Assembly (NCBI GenBank): GCA_030390025.1
Contig: CM059425.1
Span: 166,162,001 to 166,226,000, forward strand
Direction: 5' to 3'
Source: Squalus acanthias
Taxonomy: Eukaryota
Length of the DNA stretch: 64,000 nt
In this document: one piece after another, positions 22,746 to 36,920 of the stretch
Numbering within the stretch: position 1 is the first letter of the stretch
Layout of the letters: every line of letters starts with the position of its first letter
The notes under the pieces: model-generated
Database searches by the model: none
Seen by the model: only the letters and a program-made list of their open reading frames with translations
What the model was told of the DNA's origin: nothing
Program-made: the position numbers and the translations under genes

Positions 22746-24739
22746 AATATACTGAGTCAGAAGCCAAGAAAACATTACAATGAGGACTTACTAGAATGAT
22801 ACCAGGGATATAGGATTGTTAAATTTTGGGGGTTTTATTCCAGATATTTTTCTCAGGTCCAGGGTCTCAGACCATCCTGTAGACAAGCAATCACTTCCTA
22901 TGGCCAGGAAATGCGTTAAACGGCAATGTAAAGTTGACCAGACATAAGGTCCCTGAATATTAATCTTTGCATTGTGGTTTGTTGCTTACCACCCATGGTA
23001 TCTCTCTATCCATCTTTCTCTAAAGGCTTCATACAGACTACTCAATTTCAGCAACACAAGCTGAGAAGTACTTATCAAAATTTCACCAGGACAATGGGAA
23101 TTTAAATACGTGTCTCTTAAACTGAAAAAGAGCTGTAAATCAAATATATGTAGAAATAAACCCAACAAGATGCTTGTATTTGAATTGAATACCTTGGTCC
23201 CTCCCTCAGATACCTGATCAGACATGAGGAGGGGGATGGCGAATTTTCCTCTTTTGGACAAAGTTCTGGCAGAGCGGCACCTCCGTCTGCCTCTTTGGAT
23301 CTGCCCCAAACCTGACCCATTTTCTTGGGTTGAGGTTCATTCCATATGCACGGCAGGTGCCTGGCAGGATTCCCACTGTCAAGAGAAATTAAGAAGGCAG
23401 AAAATCTCAGTGGTGCTAGGGATGCTGCTGCAGCACCAGAAGAGGTAGCAAGGGACCTTAAAAGTCAAAGCATCCTGAAGATGACAGAAAGGCGCTCACC
23501 AAGACTAAGACTTTCAGCAAGTAAGTGCTGAGCCCAACGGAGGGAAAGGAGGCTGCTACAAGCCCTCCACCCCCCCCCCCCCCCCCGTCCTCCAATGGGG
23601 AAACTCAGGGTCTTTACCGCCACTTCCCAGGGCCTAGCAACACCTTCCATGTGGCACCCCCGGGAAGCTGCGCAAGTGGGGCAGGTGGGAGGGAAATCTG
23701 TTGCGCAACTAGGCCATGTCTCTCCGCAGCCATCTGCATGCAACAGATGGGGAAGAGGCAGCCAGAGGCAGTCATAGTGGGGGCAGGAGGAGGGAAATCC
23801 CGGTTGGGACAGTGAGGTAGTGGTAGGTCTTGAACTTTCCCTCTTTCTCTGTTGTGATTCTGCCTGATTTTGGCAGGATCATGCAGGTGAATTTCCCCCA
23901 AAATGTCCAAATTTGGGGAGTTTGTTTATCTAGCTGGGCCATTATCTGAGAGTGAACTTGGTTTTTAACCCCATTTGTAACTTTGCAGAAATTAAGAAAC
24001 CAATACCAAGATACAACATGGACAAACATGCTTCTTTTTGTCACAAGTATATAGTTATAATGAAAGACTTAAAAAAAAGTTATAAGTTACTTTCAGTTAG
24101 AATTATAAGATTAATTAAATCCCTGTAGATGTTGATGCTTATATATTGGCTGAAAGAGTTGAGTCTTGCCTTCAAAAGATGAAAAATTCTCCATTGACTT
24201 TGTGACACTGGGAGAGATCATACGCTAATGAGTAGGCATCTCCTGTTAGCTATCAATTGAATGATACAGCCTCTGCAGAACTCAGTCATTCATCAACCCA
24301 CACCATAGAGAATTAGAATTAGAGCATTTTATTTCAATAGAGGGCGTAAATTAATCTTCATCACACATCAATGACAACAGCAAAGAAGAGTCTACAGCAA
24401 CATCATTTATGAATCAAAGCACTGATGGAGATATTACACAAAGCTTCTCACCATGTGCACTCAAACAATGTCCATGGGTGGATGGCAAAGCACTTGACAT
24501 GAAAGGGCAGGATTTCCCACCATTTCTTGGTTGAAATAAAATCATATATTTAGTCTGATAGAGCAAGCATACCACATCACCTGTGGAGAATTACCAAATG
24601 ATTTTACCTCTGATAGCAATTAAATTGATTTAAACTCTCAATAGTGAGACATTTAATTATAAACGGGATCCCTGTTAAGAAAAGTGAGACTTAAGGACAA
24701 TATACAATGCTTTTTGCTCTATTAACATTACACAGCATT

Positions 24740-25392
24740 AAAGTACAGCACAGAAACAGGCCATTCGGCTCAACTGGTCTATGCCTGCATTTATGCTCCA
24801 CATGAGCCTCCTCCCACCCCGCTTCATCTAACCCTATCAGCATATCCTTCTATTCCTTTTTCCCTCATGTGCGTATCAAGCTTCCCCTTAAATGCATCTA
24901 TGCTATTCACCACAACTACTCCATGTGGTAGCGAGTTTCACATTCTAACCATTTTTTGGGTAAATAGATTTCTGCTGAATTCCCTACTGGATTTATTAGT
25001 GACTATCTTATATTTATGGTCCCTAGTTTTGGTCTCCCCCACAAGTGGAAACATCTTTTCTTTCAAACCCCTTCATAATTTTAAAGATTTCTATTAGGTC
25101 TCTAAACCTTTTTATAATATTGGACGATATTTTGTTGCTTGGCATGGGGTTTTAAAATAATAAGGATACAAATTGGGATGTTAATAAAGAGACATGTAAG
25201 AGAGTCATACCAAAAGAGGGGAGACATTCTAATGAAATGATCTGGATATAGGGTTAGATGGAGTGGTGTCCAAATTTGAAGATGATACTAAAATAGGAGG
25301 CACCATACATAATTCTAAAGACCAAAGGAAATTATAAGGGGATATTGATAAGATAGTAGAATGGGCAAAAGAGTGGCAGATGGAATTCAATG
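24740..25392. mobile_element. Two CR1 fragments (3' end on minus 24740-25110; RT fragment on plus about 25140-25392)
   Basis: CR1 3' UTR; SKFEDDTKIGG...DIDKIVEWAKEWQMEFN. Confidence 0.7.
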
Positions 25393-25394
25393 TT

Positions 25395-27180
25395 AGCAAA
25401 TGTTAGAGAGCCAACACGAGCGAAAAATCTATTTGACCTTGTCCTCACCAATCTACCTGTCACAGGTGCATCTGTCTATGTCAGTATTGGTAGGAGTGAC
25501 CACTGCACAGTCATTGTGGAGATGAAGTCCCATCTTCACACTGAGGACACCCTCCATCGTGTTGTGTGGCCCTACCACCGTGCTAAATGGGTTAGATTCA
25601 GAACTGATCCAGCAGCTCAAAACTGGGCATCCATGAGGTGCTGTGGGCCATCAGCAGCAGCAGAATTTTATTCCATCACAATCTGTAACCTCATGGCCCA
25701 GCATATCCCTCACTCTACCATTACCATCAAGCCAGGACCAACCCTGGTTCAATGAAGAGTGTAGAAGAGCATGCCAGGAGCAGCACCAGGTGTACCTAAA
25801 AATGAGGTGCCGACCTGTGAAGCTACAACACAGGACTACATGCATGCTAAAAAGCGGAAGCAGCATGCTATAGACAGAGCTAAGCGATCCCACAATCAAT
25901 GGATCAGATCAAAGTTCTGCAGTCCTGCCACATCCAGTCGTGAATGGTGGTGGACAATTAAACAACTAACGGGAGGAGGAGGCTCCATGAACATCCCCAT
26001 CCTCAATGATGGCAGAGCCCAGCACGTGAGTGCAAAAGACAAGGCTGAAGCATTTGCAACCATCTTCTGCCAGAAGTGCCAAGTGGATGATCCATCTTGG
26101 ATTCCTCCCAAGGTCCCCACCATCAGCCAATTCGAGTCACTCCACGTAATATCAAGAAACAGCTGAGCGCACTGGATGCAGCAAAGGCTATGGGCCCCGA
26201 CAACATCCTCGCTATCATGCTGAAGACTTGTGTTCCAGAACTAGCTGCGCCTCTAGCCAAGCTGTTCCAGTACAACTACAACACTCGCATCTACCCAACA
26301 ATGTGGAAAATTGCCCAGGTATGTCCTGTCAACAAAAAGCAGGACAAATCCAATCTGGCCAATTACCATTCCATCAGTCTACTGTCAATCATCAGCAAAG
26401 TAATGGTAGGTGTCATCGACAGTGCTATCAAGCGGCACTTACTCACCAATAACCTGCTCACCGATGCTCAGTTTGGGTTCCGTCAGGACCACTCAGCTCC
26501 AGACCTCTTTAAAGCATTTGTCCAAACACGGACAAAGGAGCTGAATTCCAGAGGAGAAGTGAGAGTGACTGCCCTTGACATCAAGGCAGCATTTGACTGA
26601 GTGTGACATCAAGGAGCCCTAGTAAAACTGAAGTCAATGGGAATTGGGGGGAAAACTCTCCACTGGCTGGAGTCATACCTAGCACAAAGGAAGATGGTTG
26701 TGGTGATTGAAGGTCAATCATCACAGCCCCAGGACATCGCTGCAGGAGTTCCTCGGGGCAGTGTCCTAGGCCCAACCATCTTCAGCTGCTTCATCAATGA
26801 CCTTCCCTCCAACATAAGGTCAGAAATGGGGATGTTCACTGATAACTGCACAGTGTTCAGTGCCATTCACAACTCCTCAGATAATGAAGCAGTCTGTGCC
26901 CGCATGCAGCAAGACCTGGACGACATTCAGGCTTGGGCTGATAAGTGGCAAGTAACATTTGCGCCACACAAGTGCCAGGCAATGACCATCTCCAACAAGC
27001 AACAGACTAATCACTGCCCCTTGACATTCAACGGCATTACCATCGCCGAATCCCCCACCATCAATATCCTTGGGGTCACCATTGACCAGAAACTTAACTG
27101 GACCAGCCACATAAATACTGTGGCCACAAGAGCAGGTCAGAGGATGGGTATTCTGCGGCGAGTGACTCACCTCCTGACCA
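25395..27180 (+). mobile_element. CR1-group LINE, same family as 960-3460, truncated at both ends
   Basis: PTRAKNLFDLVLTN, AMGPDNI, QFGFRQDHSAPDL, GVPRGSVLGP. Confidence 0.9.
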
Positions 27181-27720
27181 ATGCCCCCTGTAATTTTTTT
27201 TTGGGCCGCACAGCCCCTTTAACGGTCTGCGTGACACATTTGTTGAAAGATCAGAGACTTTTTGCTGAGGTACTCTTCAAACTCTTCCATCACAGAGGGA
27301 CTTTTCCAACCCCCCCCCCCCCCCCCCCCCCCCCCCCGCACTCCACTGAGGTGATTTCCTCCACTCCCAACCCTCCATTCCCTGCTGAGGTACTTTTACT
27401 TCCCCAAGATACTTTCCCAACTGGCCCCCAATGAGGTTTTTTCCAACGAGGTATTTATATATTAAAGCTGCTCCCTGATGAGTGGGACTGTAGGGGAAGC
27501 CACATTCCTCTCTGTGAGGAGGGAAGGAATTCAGCACCCCACCAGCCAGCCAGTTTACTGCAGCATTTCCAGGGTTATCAACAGACGCACCCACAAACCA
27601 CCAAAGGAGGCCCCTTCCCTAACACTGTGAGCTTCAGTGGGGTCAATGGCAGAGTTCCATGGTGGGCATGATCCCAGTGTAACTGATGAGATCATGTTCT
27701 CATGGATTTTGTAAGCCTTT

Positions 27721-30003
27721 GGCTGGGAAAATCGATAACGACAAAGTACAGACGTGGGCACCGCGATGCGAGATATGCCCGCATCCATTCATAAAGCACA
27801 GACAGCTCATCAACTTTGTGCCTGCTAATTATCACAATTGTAGCGCGCAGCTTAGCACTGAACCCGCTGCTAACAGGCTGTGCGCTCAGCAGGGGGCCAA
27901 AGTTTGCACTGTTGGAGTGAGGCTAGCTTTATTTAAAGCTAGCCTGCTCCTCTTAAAGGCAGTCTGCAGCTCCTAAAGCTGAACGTTTTTTTGATTCATT
28001 CACAGGATGTGGGCATCGCCAGCAAGGCCAGTATTTATTGCCCATCCCTAATTGCCCTTGAAGGTGGTGGTGAGCGCATTTCTGAGGGTCTGGAGTCACA
28101 TATAGGCCAGATTGAGTAAGGACGGCAGATTTCCTTCCCTAAAGGACATTAGTGAACCAGATAGGTTTTTTCAACAATCTGATAGTTTCATGGTCACCAT
28201 TACTGATAAAAAATAAAATTGCATCAGTACTAGGCAGTCAGCACCTCTTAAAGGTGAGCTGCCTTCTGCTGATCAAAAATGTTAAAAGTGCTTCAGCACT
28301 AACACAAATGGCTTAACAAGCCAGGGAAAGGGCACCCAGGGTCTTGGATGCAGCACTCCAGCTATGTGCAGGGGACCAACACTGGAAGAAAGATCTTCTA
28401 CCCACAGGGGGAAAGAAGGATGTGGGACCAGATTGCCGAGGTGGTCACTGCCAGCAGTGTTTCTCCCAGGACCTGGCTCTAGTGCCCAAAGTTGCATGAC
28501 CTCAGACGAGTGGTCATGGTCAGTGAATGCATCTTCAAAAGCCGTCTCCTTAAAACTGCACCACCAGCCTCACACACTGCTCAATGCACAACCTCCCTCC
28601 ATCACTCACTTACCAACAATCTCTACCAAACACGAGGCACACCTCACATTGCTAGCTTCACCTCACCACCTTGGAGGAGAAAGTGCTACCCATTCTTGGC
28701 AGGGGCATGGCTGAGCACCTTGGCCAGTGGCGGGGCTGAAAGGATACAAGATACTGGTATCCTCCTACGTTATCCTCCTTCTCACATCCCATTTGCCCCT
28801 CATCCCACAATCTCTTCTGATTTACAAGCTGCACATGGTGTAAGCATGCACCTCTTGCTTTCCCACCCTCCCTGCACCACAACCCTCACCTTGTGCCTTC
28901 CTCATTTCAGACACCTGAGAAATCCAGTCTGCCCATCCAGTGGGTCAACAAGAAAAGGGAGAGGAGAGTGAAAAAGAAGAAGAAGAAACACTGTCACTTG
29001 ATTTCACACTCCCAGCCTTCATCTCTTCAAGGTCATCTGTGGTCTCCCTCACTGAAAGTCAGCAGCCTTCCACCAGCCATGCTGCAGCAACTGGGATTGC
29101 ATTGCGTAGGAGCACTAGGACAAAGGCACACACAGGACCCTCACTAAGGGATTACACAAGGGTGATTAGTTGATTTTTTAATGTAATATTGGATGCATAT
29201 ATGGATAAAGTTGGATTGGAAAGTTTGCTTTGTGATGGCTTTTATTTCCGCATTGTGGCCAAGAGGATGCTATGATGGTCAGTAATGGAGGGAAGGTAAG
29301 GTGTGGGACAAGTTTTGAAAGGGGACTTGGGATTCCATCCTGGATATCCCGGCCAGAAAGGAGCTGTCTGGGTTGCCTCCTTCCTTCCTCTTCCTCCTCT
29401 TCCACTTCCTCCTCTTCCTCCCTCTGTGAGCACCTTGTCCCCTTTGCTACCTCTGCTCCATCTCCATGTCATGCTGCAGCCCCTGGGGGACTGCGACTAG
29501 AGCACCCTGGACTGGGAGCAAGTGGTGTTCTCAGAGGTCTTCCTTTACGAGCCAAAGCCTCGCAACCAACCAGCAGCACTCCCTGCACCCTTTAACAACT
29601 TTTAAATGCATTGCACCAAGCCACTACTCCAATAAAATGTTAAGAAAGCAGTCCAAAAGCAAAAATCTAAAAACTTACCTGAAAGTTGTGTGTGTCCCTT
29701 TAAGAAGCGCTGGCAGTGGCTCCATTGTCCTGCTGCACGCATGTTCTTCTGTGCGTAGTTTGGAGAGAGCGTTATTAAGAGCAACGATGTCCAAAATCCC
29801 AGATCATGCATCAATTCAGCGTTGCACGTCGATTGACATCATGATCTGGAACATTTAAATGTGGAACGAATGCAGGAAACGGCAGCGCTGCCGACCTGCC
29901 CAAAATGGCAGCTGCCATGAACCGTGCCGGAAGCGAGGCGGCCTCCATTTTTTCTTCAAAACCTACCTTAACGGCCGGCGCTAACAGCTCCAATTTCCCA
30001 GCC
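27721..30003. mobile_element. Non-autonomous Harbinger deletion derivative, family C (Myb remnants +, transposase ends -)
   Basis: TIR ggctgggaaaatcg / ccaatttcccagcc, TTT TSD; Myb exon-1 remnant near 28400-28520; homologous to 46115-55715 and 59800-61454. Confidence 0.8.
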
Positions 30004-30177
30004 TTTGTTTATCTGAAAAGATCATTTCTATTTTTTGAAGCAAAAGCGCAAATTATTTTACAACTGAGGAAAGACTGAGAAATTGAAGGCAAAGATTAAT
30101 AGGAAATTTAACAAAATAAAACGAAGGTGTAATTAATTAATCTGCCTCTGTCTCTTTCTCTCTGTCACTCTCTCTTT

Positions 30178-31066
30178 GGGGTAGAAATTAGGTCGCGCCC
30201 CATTTGGGGCGCAAATATCGTCCGGACGCAAATATTAGCGCCTGGCGCTAATTATCGGCACTGACAGGAAACTTCACTTTTACCGCCCCGGGAGGTGAGT
30301 GGAGCGCTAAATCAGGCGCTGCACACCTCTCTTAAGGCGCAAAGGCCGAGCAGTGAGGCGCTAACTCAGAGCGCTGGCGAAGCTCATGTAATGTCAGTCA
30401 GCAATGGAACACACACACAATGGCACGGGCCAGTTCTTAAAGGGGATGGTTAATCTTGCTTTCCATCCACATCCTGTTGATTGCAGCCTTGAATCTCGGC
30501 CTGGAGAGACTTGCACATCAAATGTGCTGGAAAGAACAATGGAGAGTACCAGGCAAAGAGCTCAGAGTGCAGCTCCCACAATCTCTGCTAAATCGATACA
30601 AGGAATGGCAAATCAAAATGAACCTGCAAAGTGCTGCTCAGTACCCAAAACTCCTTCACACAACGTTGAATCTCTCCAGAAGTCTCTCCCTCTCTCAGAA
30701 TGCGTAGTTCAAAAATGCCACCAACAATAAAAGACAGGAAGAGGCCCCCTTTAAATAGCGCCCCCCCCAGCCCCACAGCGATTGATAGCGTTCCAGTCTT
30801 CTGGTCGTTGGAAGCGCCAGGCGGTAAGGCAGGGGGAACCACTCAATTTCCGCTACGGGGCGCCACAAGGGCGTTGCACCATGGAATGATGTCACAATCT
30901 GCGCGCGCAGGTGGTCGCAGCGGTAAGTTTTAGCGCCGCCGCACAATCTCAAGTTAAGTTCTCGAGCGGCGCAAACATTGCTGCGCCCGGGCGTTAGCAG
31001 CTTTGCGCCCCATTAGCGCCCTCTTAAGGCGCTAACGGGAGGCGCAACCAAGTGAATTTTTACCCC
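30178..31066. mobile_element. Harbinger-type MITE, family D
   Basis: TIR ggggtagaaatt / aatttttacccc, TTT TSD; many ttagcgcc/ggcgctaa subterminal repeats. Confidence 0.85.
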
Positions 31067-31289
31067 TTTGTCTTTAACCTGTGTTTTCTCACTGAATGAA
31101 AAATTAAGCAGTTGATAACAAATGTAAAACTATACCTGAAAAAATTCTTAAAATTCATACTTAAAGGGTATATTTTTGTCTTCAATACTTCCGGTAGAAA
31201 GTATTGCCCACTGGGTGTGCATTTGGAAAGTCGCCCACACAGGTTAGCTGCTTTCACAGGATTCTCTGCCTATTCATTTTAATTTATTG

Positions 31290-31450
31290 GTCATCACAAG
31301 ACTTTTACAACTACTTCTGAGCCTCTTACCTGCTGTGGCAATCATTTTCGACCTGTTTTATAGTCATGTCACATCTGTCTGCTACACACATAGTTGCCAC
31401 CTCCAGGCTGCTAATCTGTCCAATAGGCACTGGAAGAGCCTGTAAACCTA
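31290..31450 (+). repeat. Old interspersed repeat, second copy at about 38480-38640
   Basis: Shared aagact.tt.aca.ctact...gtcacatctgtc...catagttgccacctcc.ggctgc.aatctgtcc.ataggcac. Confidence 0.7.
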
Positions 31451-32459
31451 TTTAATTTTAATAGATGGAAATTCCTGTAGGTCTGCTGAACTCGGTGCCC
31501 TAATTCCCAATGTGTGCTCCTGGCAGGGGAAACCATGAGTAAAATCTACTCCACATGATATAATAGATGGTCCTAAGCAGCCATTCAATTAATGCTTTCC
31601 AGTGTTTGCCTGCATGTCACTGCAGTCCAAAAATTAATTTCTTGTAAAGTACCTTGAGGCATATTGATGTGATGTGCACTAAATAAAGCAGTTGTTATAT
31701 TATTTATTCTTATGAAGGGTACCTGCTCTACTTGTATTTGTTCAATTATGGTGGTATATGCAATATTTTTAATCTCTGTTATTTTATATTGTATTGAATA
31801 TGAATTTTAAAAATAAATTTTAAAATGGTGACAATTGTTGGCACTGCAACACTTTTCCATTACGCACCCACTAATAACCAAGTATAGCTAGGTCAGGTGT
31901 AAAACAAGGCAGTTGGGATATAGAACTACTCTGCATCACCTCGACAAATCATCTTGACAACGCTGTCCAAGTCCAAACTAAGAAGGGCGTCTCCTTCATC
32001 ATTATGACTTTCCTAATTATCTGTCAAAATAAGGAAAATATGAACAAAGGAACATAGGAACAGGAGTAGACCATTCAGTCCCTCGACCTTATTCCACCAT
32101 TCAATTAGATCTTAGCTGATCTGTACCTTAACTCCATCTACCCACCTTGGTTCTGTAACCATTAATACCTTTGCCTCACAAAAATCTATCACTCAGTTTT
32201 GAAATTTTCAATTGACCTAGCCTCAACAGCATTTTGGGGGAGAGAGTTCCAGATATCCACTACCCTTTGTGTGAAGAAGTGCTTTCTGACATCACCCCTG
32301 AATGACCTAGCTCTAATTTTAAGGTTATGCCCCCTTGTTCTGACTCTCACAACAGAGGAAATAGTTTCTCTCCATCTACCCTATCAACTTCTTTAATCAT
32401 CTTAAATACCTCAATTAGATCACTCCTTAATCTTCTATTCTCAAGGGAATACAAACGTA

Positions 32460-34587
32460 GGGCTGGATTTTCCAAGCCCCGAGGAGGCGGGTACGGAGGC
32501 GGGACAGCTGGTAAATTGGGAGAAAGTGGGGGCGGATGGCAAACCTGCCCCCATCCCACCTCTGTGCCCTTTTGCCAGGAGGTGGGAAGATGTGCTGCTT
32601 CGGGTCCCGTCTCCTGGAGGTGGGAAAGGCATTTAATCCTTTTAACTGCCTGTTTGACAAGGTGCCACACAAAAGATTATTGCTTAAGATAAAAAATCAC
32701 GGGATTGGTGGTAATATTCTGGCATGGATAGAGGATTGGCTATCTAACAGAAGGCAGAGAGTTGGGATAAATGGTTCATTCTCAGACTGGCAATCAGTAA
32801 CTAGTGGTGTTCCGCAGGGGTCAGTGCTGGGTCCCCAACTCTTTACAATCTATATTAACGATTTGGAGGAGGGGACCGGGTGTAACATATCAAAGTTTGC
32901 AGATGATACTAAGATGGGAGGGAAAGTAATGAGTGAGGAGGACATAAAAAATCTGCAAGGGGACATAGACAGGCTAAGTAAGTGGGCAGAGATTTGGCAG
33001 ATGGAATACAATACTGGAAAGTGTGAGGTTATGCACTTTGGCAGGAAAAATAGTAGAGCAAGTTATTATCTTAATGGCAAGAAACTGGAAAGTACTGAAG
33101 TACAAAGGGATCTGGGGGTCCTGGTGCACGAAACTCAAAAGGTTAGTATGCAGGTGCAGCAAGTGATTAAGAAGGCCAATGGAATGTTGGCTTTCATTGC
33201 TAGGGGGATAGAATATAAAAATAGGGAGGTATTGCTTCAGTTGTACAAGGTATTGGTGAGACTGCACCTGGAATACTGCATACAGGTTTGGTGTCCACAC
33301 TTAAGAAAAGACATACTTGCTCTCGAGTCAGTACAAAGAAGGTTCACTCGGTTAATCCCGGGGATGAGGGGATGGACATATGAGGAGAGGTTGGGTAGAT
33401 TGCGACTCTACTCATTGGAGTTCAGAAGAATGAGAGGCGATCTTATTGAAACATATAAGATTGTGAAGGGGTTGGATCGGGTGGATGCGGGGAGGATGTT
33501 CCCGATGATGGGTGAAACTAGAACTAGGGGGCATAGTCTTAGAATAAGGGGCTGCTCTTTCAAACCTGAGATGAGAAGGAACTACTTCACTCAGAGGGTG
33601 GTAGGTCCATGGAATATGCTGCCCCAAAAAGCTGTAGAAGCTACATCATTACATAAATTTAAAACAGAAATAGACAGTTTCCTAGAAGTAAAGGGAATTA
33701 AAGGTTACGGGGAGCGGGCAGGAATTTGGACATGAGTCTAGGTTCGGATCGGTCATGGCCCTGTGGGTAGCGCAGCGGGCCCAGGGGCCGTGTAGCCTGA
33801 TCCTGCTCCTATTTCGTGTGTCCAATTCTGTTAGGTTCAGGAGATGGTTCTGTGATAATAGATTGGCGGTTAGGATCAGATCAGCCATGATCTTATTGAA
33901 TGGCGGAGCAGGCTCGAGGGGCCAATTGGCCTACTCATGCTCCTATTTCTTAAGTTCTTATGTTATTAGTGCCATTTTACCTTCACAGGTGAAGGCTTCC
34001 CGACCTCGGAGAATCCCGCCAGGTTGGAGGAGACGTGAAGGAGGTCTGCGGCGGTCGGAGGCACCTGGAAGTAAGATGTAGAGGTGAGTGATGGGTGCAA
34101 GTGTGGAGTGGTAAGTATGTAAGGTGAGTGATAAGTTTTAAAACATGTTCACTTACCTTGTTTTCTTCCTACAGCCTTCAGCTGCGCTGGATCGGGAGAG
34201 CCGACATCCTCCTTGTCAATTTCACAGACTGGCTGTTGGAACCTCCAAACCAACAGCCATGTGAAATTTACAAAGTTGAAAGGTTTGATGAGTCCTGAAC
34301 ACAAGGTCTCATCAAACTAAAGGGAATGTCAGTGTTTGACAGCTTCACAGAGCTGTCAAACACTGACATTTCTTCTTTGAAGAAGTCTTGACAGATAGCA
34401 CGTCTGACGTTGACGTGCTCTGTCAGTGACTTCCTCCCTAATTGGTCTGCTGAGCCTGCAGGGCGGGCTTAACAAGGTCAATCAGGGGAAAATCCCTCTG
34501 GTTGGTCAGGCGAGGATGGAGGCGGGACATTGACACGACAAGCAGCAGTCTTGCCTCCAACTCGTCTCCATTCACAAAATCCAGCTC
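32460..34587 (+). mobile_element. MITE family A copy 2, interrupted by a CR1
   Basis: TIR gggctggatttt / aaaatccagctc; flanks gta/tta; colinear with copy 1. Confidence 0.88.
32653..33964 (+). mobile_element. Young 5'-truncated CR1/L3 (uninterrupted RT C-terminal ORF)
   Basis: FDKVPH, GVPQGSVLGP, KFADD, through to stop at 33735, then 3' UTR. Confidence 0.95.
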
Positions 34588-34914
34588 TTAGTCTATGCAA
34601 CCCATCCTCATAATTTAACCCTTTCAGTCCTGGTATCATTCTGGTGAATTTGCACTGCACCCTCTCCAAGGCCAATATATCCTTCCTGAGGTGCAGTGCC
34701 CAGAACTGAATGCAGTTCTCTCAATGGGGTCTAACCAGAGCTTTATATAACTGTAACATAACTTCCACCCTTTTATATTCCAGCCCCTTGAGATAAAGGC
34801 TAACATTCCACTGATCTATCTTTTTTAGGTCCAAAGTGGATGACCTCACACTTCCTAAGATAAATTACATTAATGCTTTTGTTTTATTTTTTCCATTAAG
34901 ATTGTGACTTAGTG

Positions 34915-36310
34915 GGGTGGGAATTTGATTTGGTCCACAGTGAGTGATGCTAGACAGCACATTATGTATGTCGATGCAGCTACTCGGGGAGTAGCCATGA
35001 TTCATTTTGTTTCCGGCAATCCAGGATACCTGCACTTATCAGCCAGAGAAATGTGACAGGGTGGCTGTTAGGAGACCAGGGGTAACCACTTCAGCCACAG
35101 CTGATGACTCCTTTTTGGCATCAGAGAACAAGAGACCAATAGCCAATTCAACGAGAGCTTTAGCACTACCAGGATCACTGTGGAAGGGACTGAAGTTATT
35201 CTGACGTCCCATTTCTTGTGCCTGGACAGGTCCGGGGGAGCCCCGCAGTATAATTCAGCAAGGGTTTCCAAAATTGTAGTGGTGGATCTCATCCATAAAT
35301 TGACCATTATAAAGGGATTGGGCCGTTCAAGCACAGAAGGTGAAGAGGAAGAAGGTGGTGGAGACCAATACCCTGGTCATGGCGAAGAAACCCAGGAGAG
35401 AGGAAGTGGCCCACACACTTTCAGCATATGTCCTGAAGCAGATCATCACCAATTTCTTTTAATAATGTGCCCTCCATCTGCATTTATTTGTGTTATAGAC
35501 TAATTCACCCAGGTATCTGCAGACATTCCCTTGTAAATGCTAACAAGTGCAGACAATAAGACAGTCTCTTCCCTTGTCACTCATACATTGCAGGAAGTGT
35601 AATACGAGACTGTGGTAGGAGAAGAAGTGCATCTGTGAGGGGGATGGTGGGGATCTCTGGTACTTACTAAAGGTTCATTCATTTCATCTTTTATACTATG
35701 TGGCCCTGGATAGTGAGGAGGTGAATTATGCTTCCAGCAGTATCTCAGCATCTGCATTGGCACTTGTGTCTTCATTTACCTGGACCAACCTGGTGAGATC
35801 ATTAAAATGTTTCCTGCACTGATTAGCCATTTATGGGGCTGTAGAGTTGGTACTGACTGCCAGTGCCACCTCCCTCCAAGCTGCATGTACATCGTTTTTC
35901 TATGAGACAATTCCCTGGGTGCCAAAGAGCCTTTGTCTTCTTGGCCTCATCTCTGCCAGTATGAAGTACACCGCAGCTTCACTGCAAACCCCTCAGATGA
36001 TTCTTCTCATTCTGCCATCACTTTGCAGCCTTTAAGTGCAACTCCAATTCTCTTTCGATCTCTTTAACCCCATTTTTATTCACCTGCTGCCACTTTAGCT
36101 GCAGCAGCCATCAAACTGGCTGGGAGACGTCATGCCAGGTTCAAACAAAAGCTTATTGGTTGGGAATTTCCTTGGCTCATGCTACGCCATTGTAACTTCA
36201 CCAGCTATGTTGTAGCAACCCCATTTACTCATGTAAATGGGGTTTCTGGCACACTTCCGATGTGGCACACTTATGGCAGTGGTGGGAACAGCTCCAAGGA
36301 AGATCCTGGC
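34915..36310. mobile_element. Highly decayed Harbinger remnant
   Basis: [13 protein letters not shown]...VSKIVV...acidic tail at 35200-35400; boundaries approximate. Confidence 0.55.
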
Positions 36311-36825
36311 CATTCTGGGATTTTTAAAAATTTATTTGTGGGATGTGGGCATCACTAGCAAGACCATCACTTATTGCCCATCCATAGTAACCTAGAGAAG
36401 GTGGTGTTGAGCCTTCTTCTTGAACCACTTCAGTCTGTGTGGTGAAGGTGCTCCCACAATGCTGTTAGGCAGGGAGGTCCAGGATTTTGAACAAGTGACA
36501 ACTGGTTTATTTAGTTATATGTATGATGGGAAAGTACTTTTGAATTTAGCTGTCAGTTATTAAAATCAATAATTATTGGGGGGATTTTTTTTTAGTGTGG
36601 ATGGTTCAAATCATTGAGTTGGTTTGGAGCTTTCAAAGAGTTAGATTAGGCTATTTAGCTGTTGCAGTTGGTGAGACCATAAAAAGAAATGAATAAATAT
36701 GTATACAAAAGGCTATCTATAAAATAATAGTTTAGCATAGAGATTGCAAACATTTAGTATTTTCCTTTCGAGGTTATTGTTAGCACCTTATATCTACTGT
36801 AAATATATGTATATATGTTTATTAG

Positions 36826-36920
36826 CTTCTCTCTCCACAGATGCTGCCTGACCTGCTGAGTGTTTCCAGCATTTTCTGTTGTTACTTCAGATTTCCAGCA
36901 TCCGCAGTATTTTGCTATTG
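36826..36920 (+). mobile_element. Solo Penelope terminal fragment
   Basis: ctccacagatgctgcctgacctgctgagtgtttccagcattttctg...atccgcagtattttgc. Confidence 0.75.

Larger units (their letters stand above)
32045..34860 (-). mobile_element. CR1/L3 fragment split by MITE A copy 2 (pieces 32045-32459, 34588-34860)
   Basis: ALERVQCKFTRMIPGLKGLNYE continues with LYSLENRRLRSDLIEVFK across the MITE. Confidence 0.85.

Noticed and set aside
32536..33735. 399-aa ORF as a novel fusion gene
   Set aside because: The N-terminus is chance read-through from MITE A into a truncated CR1 RT.
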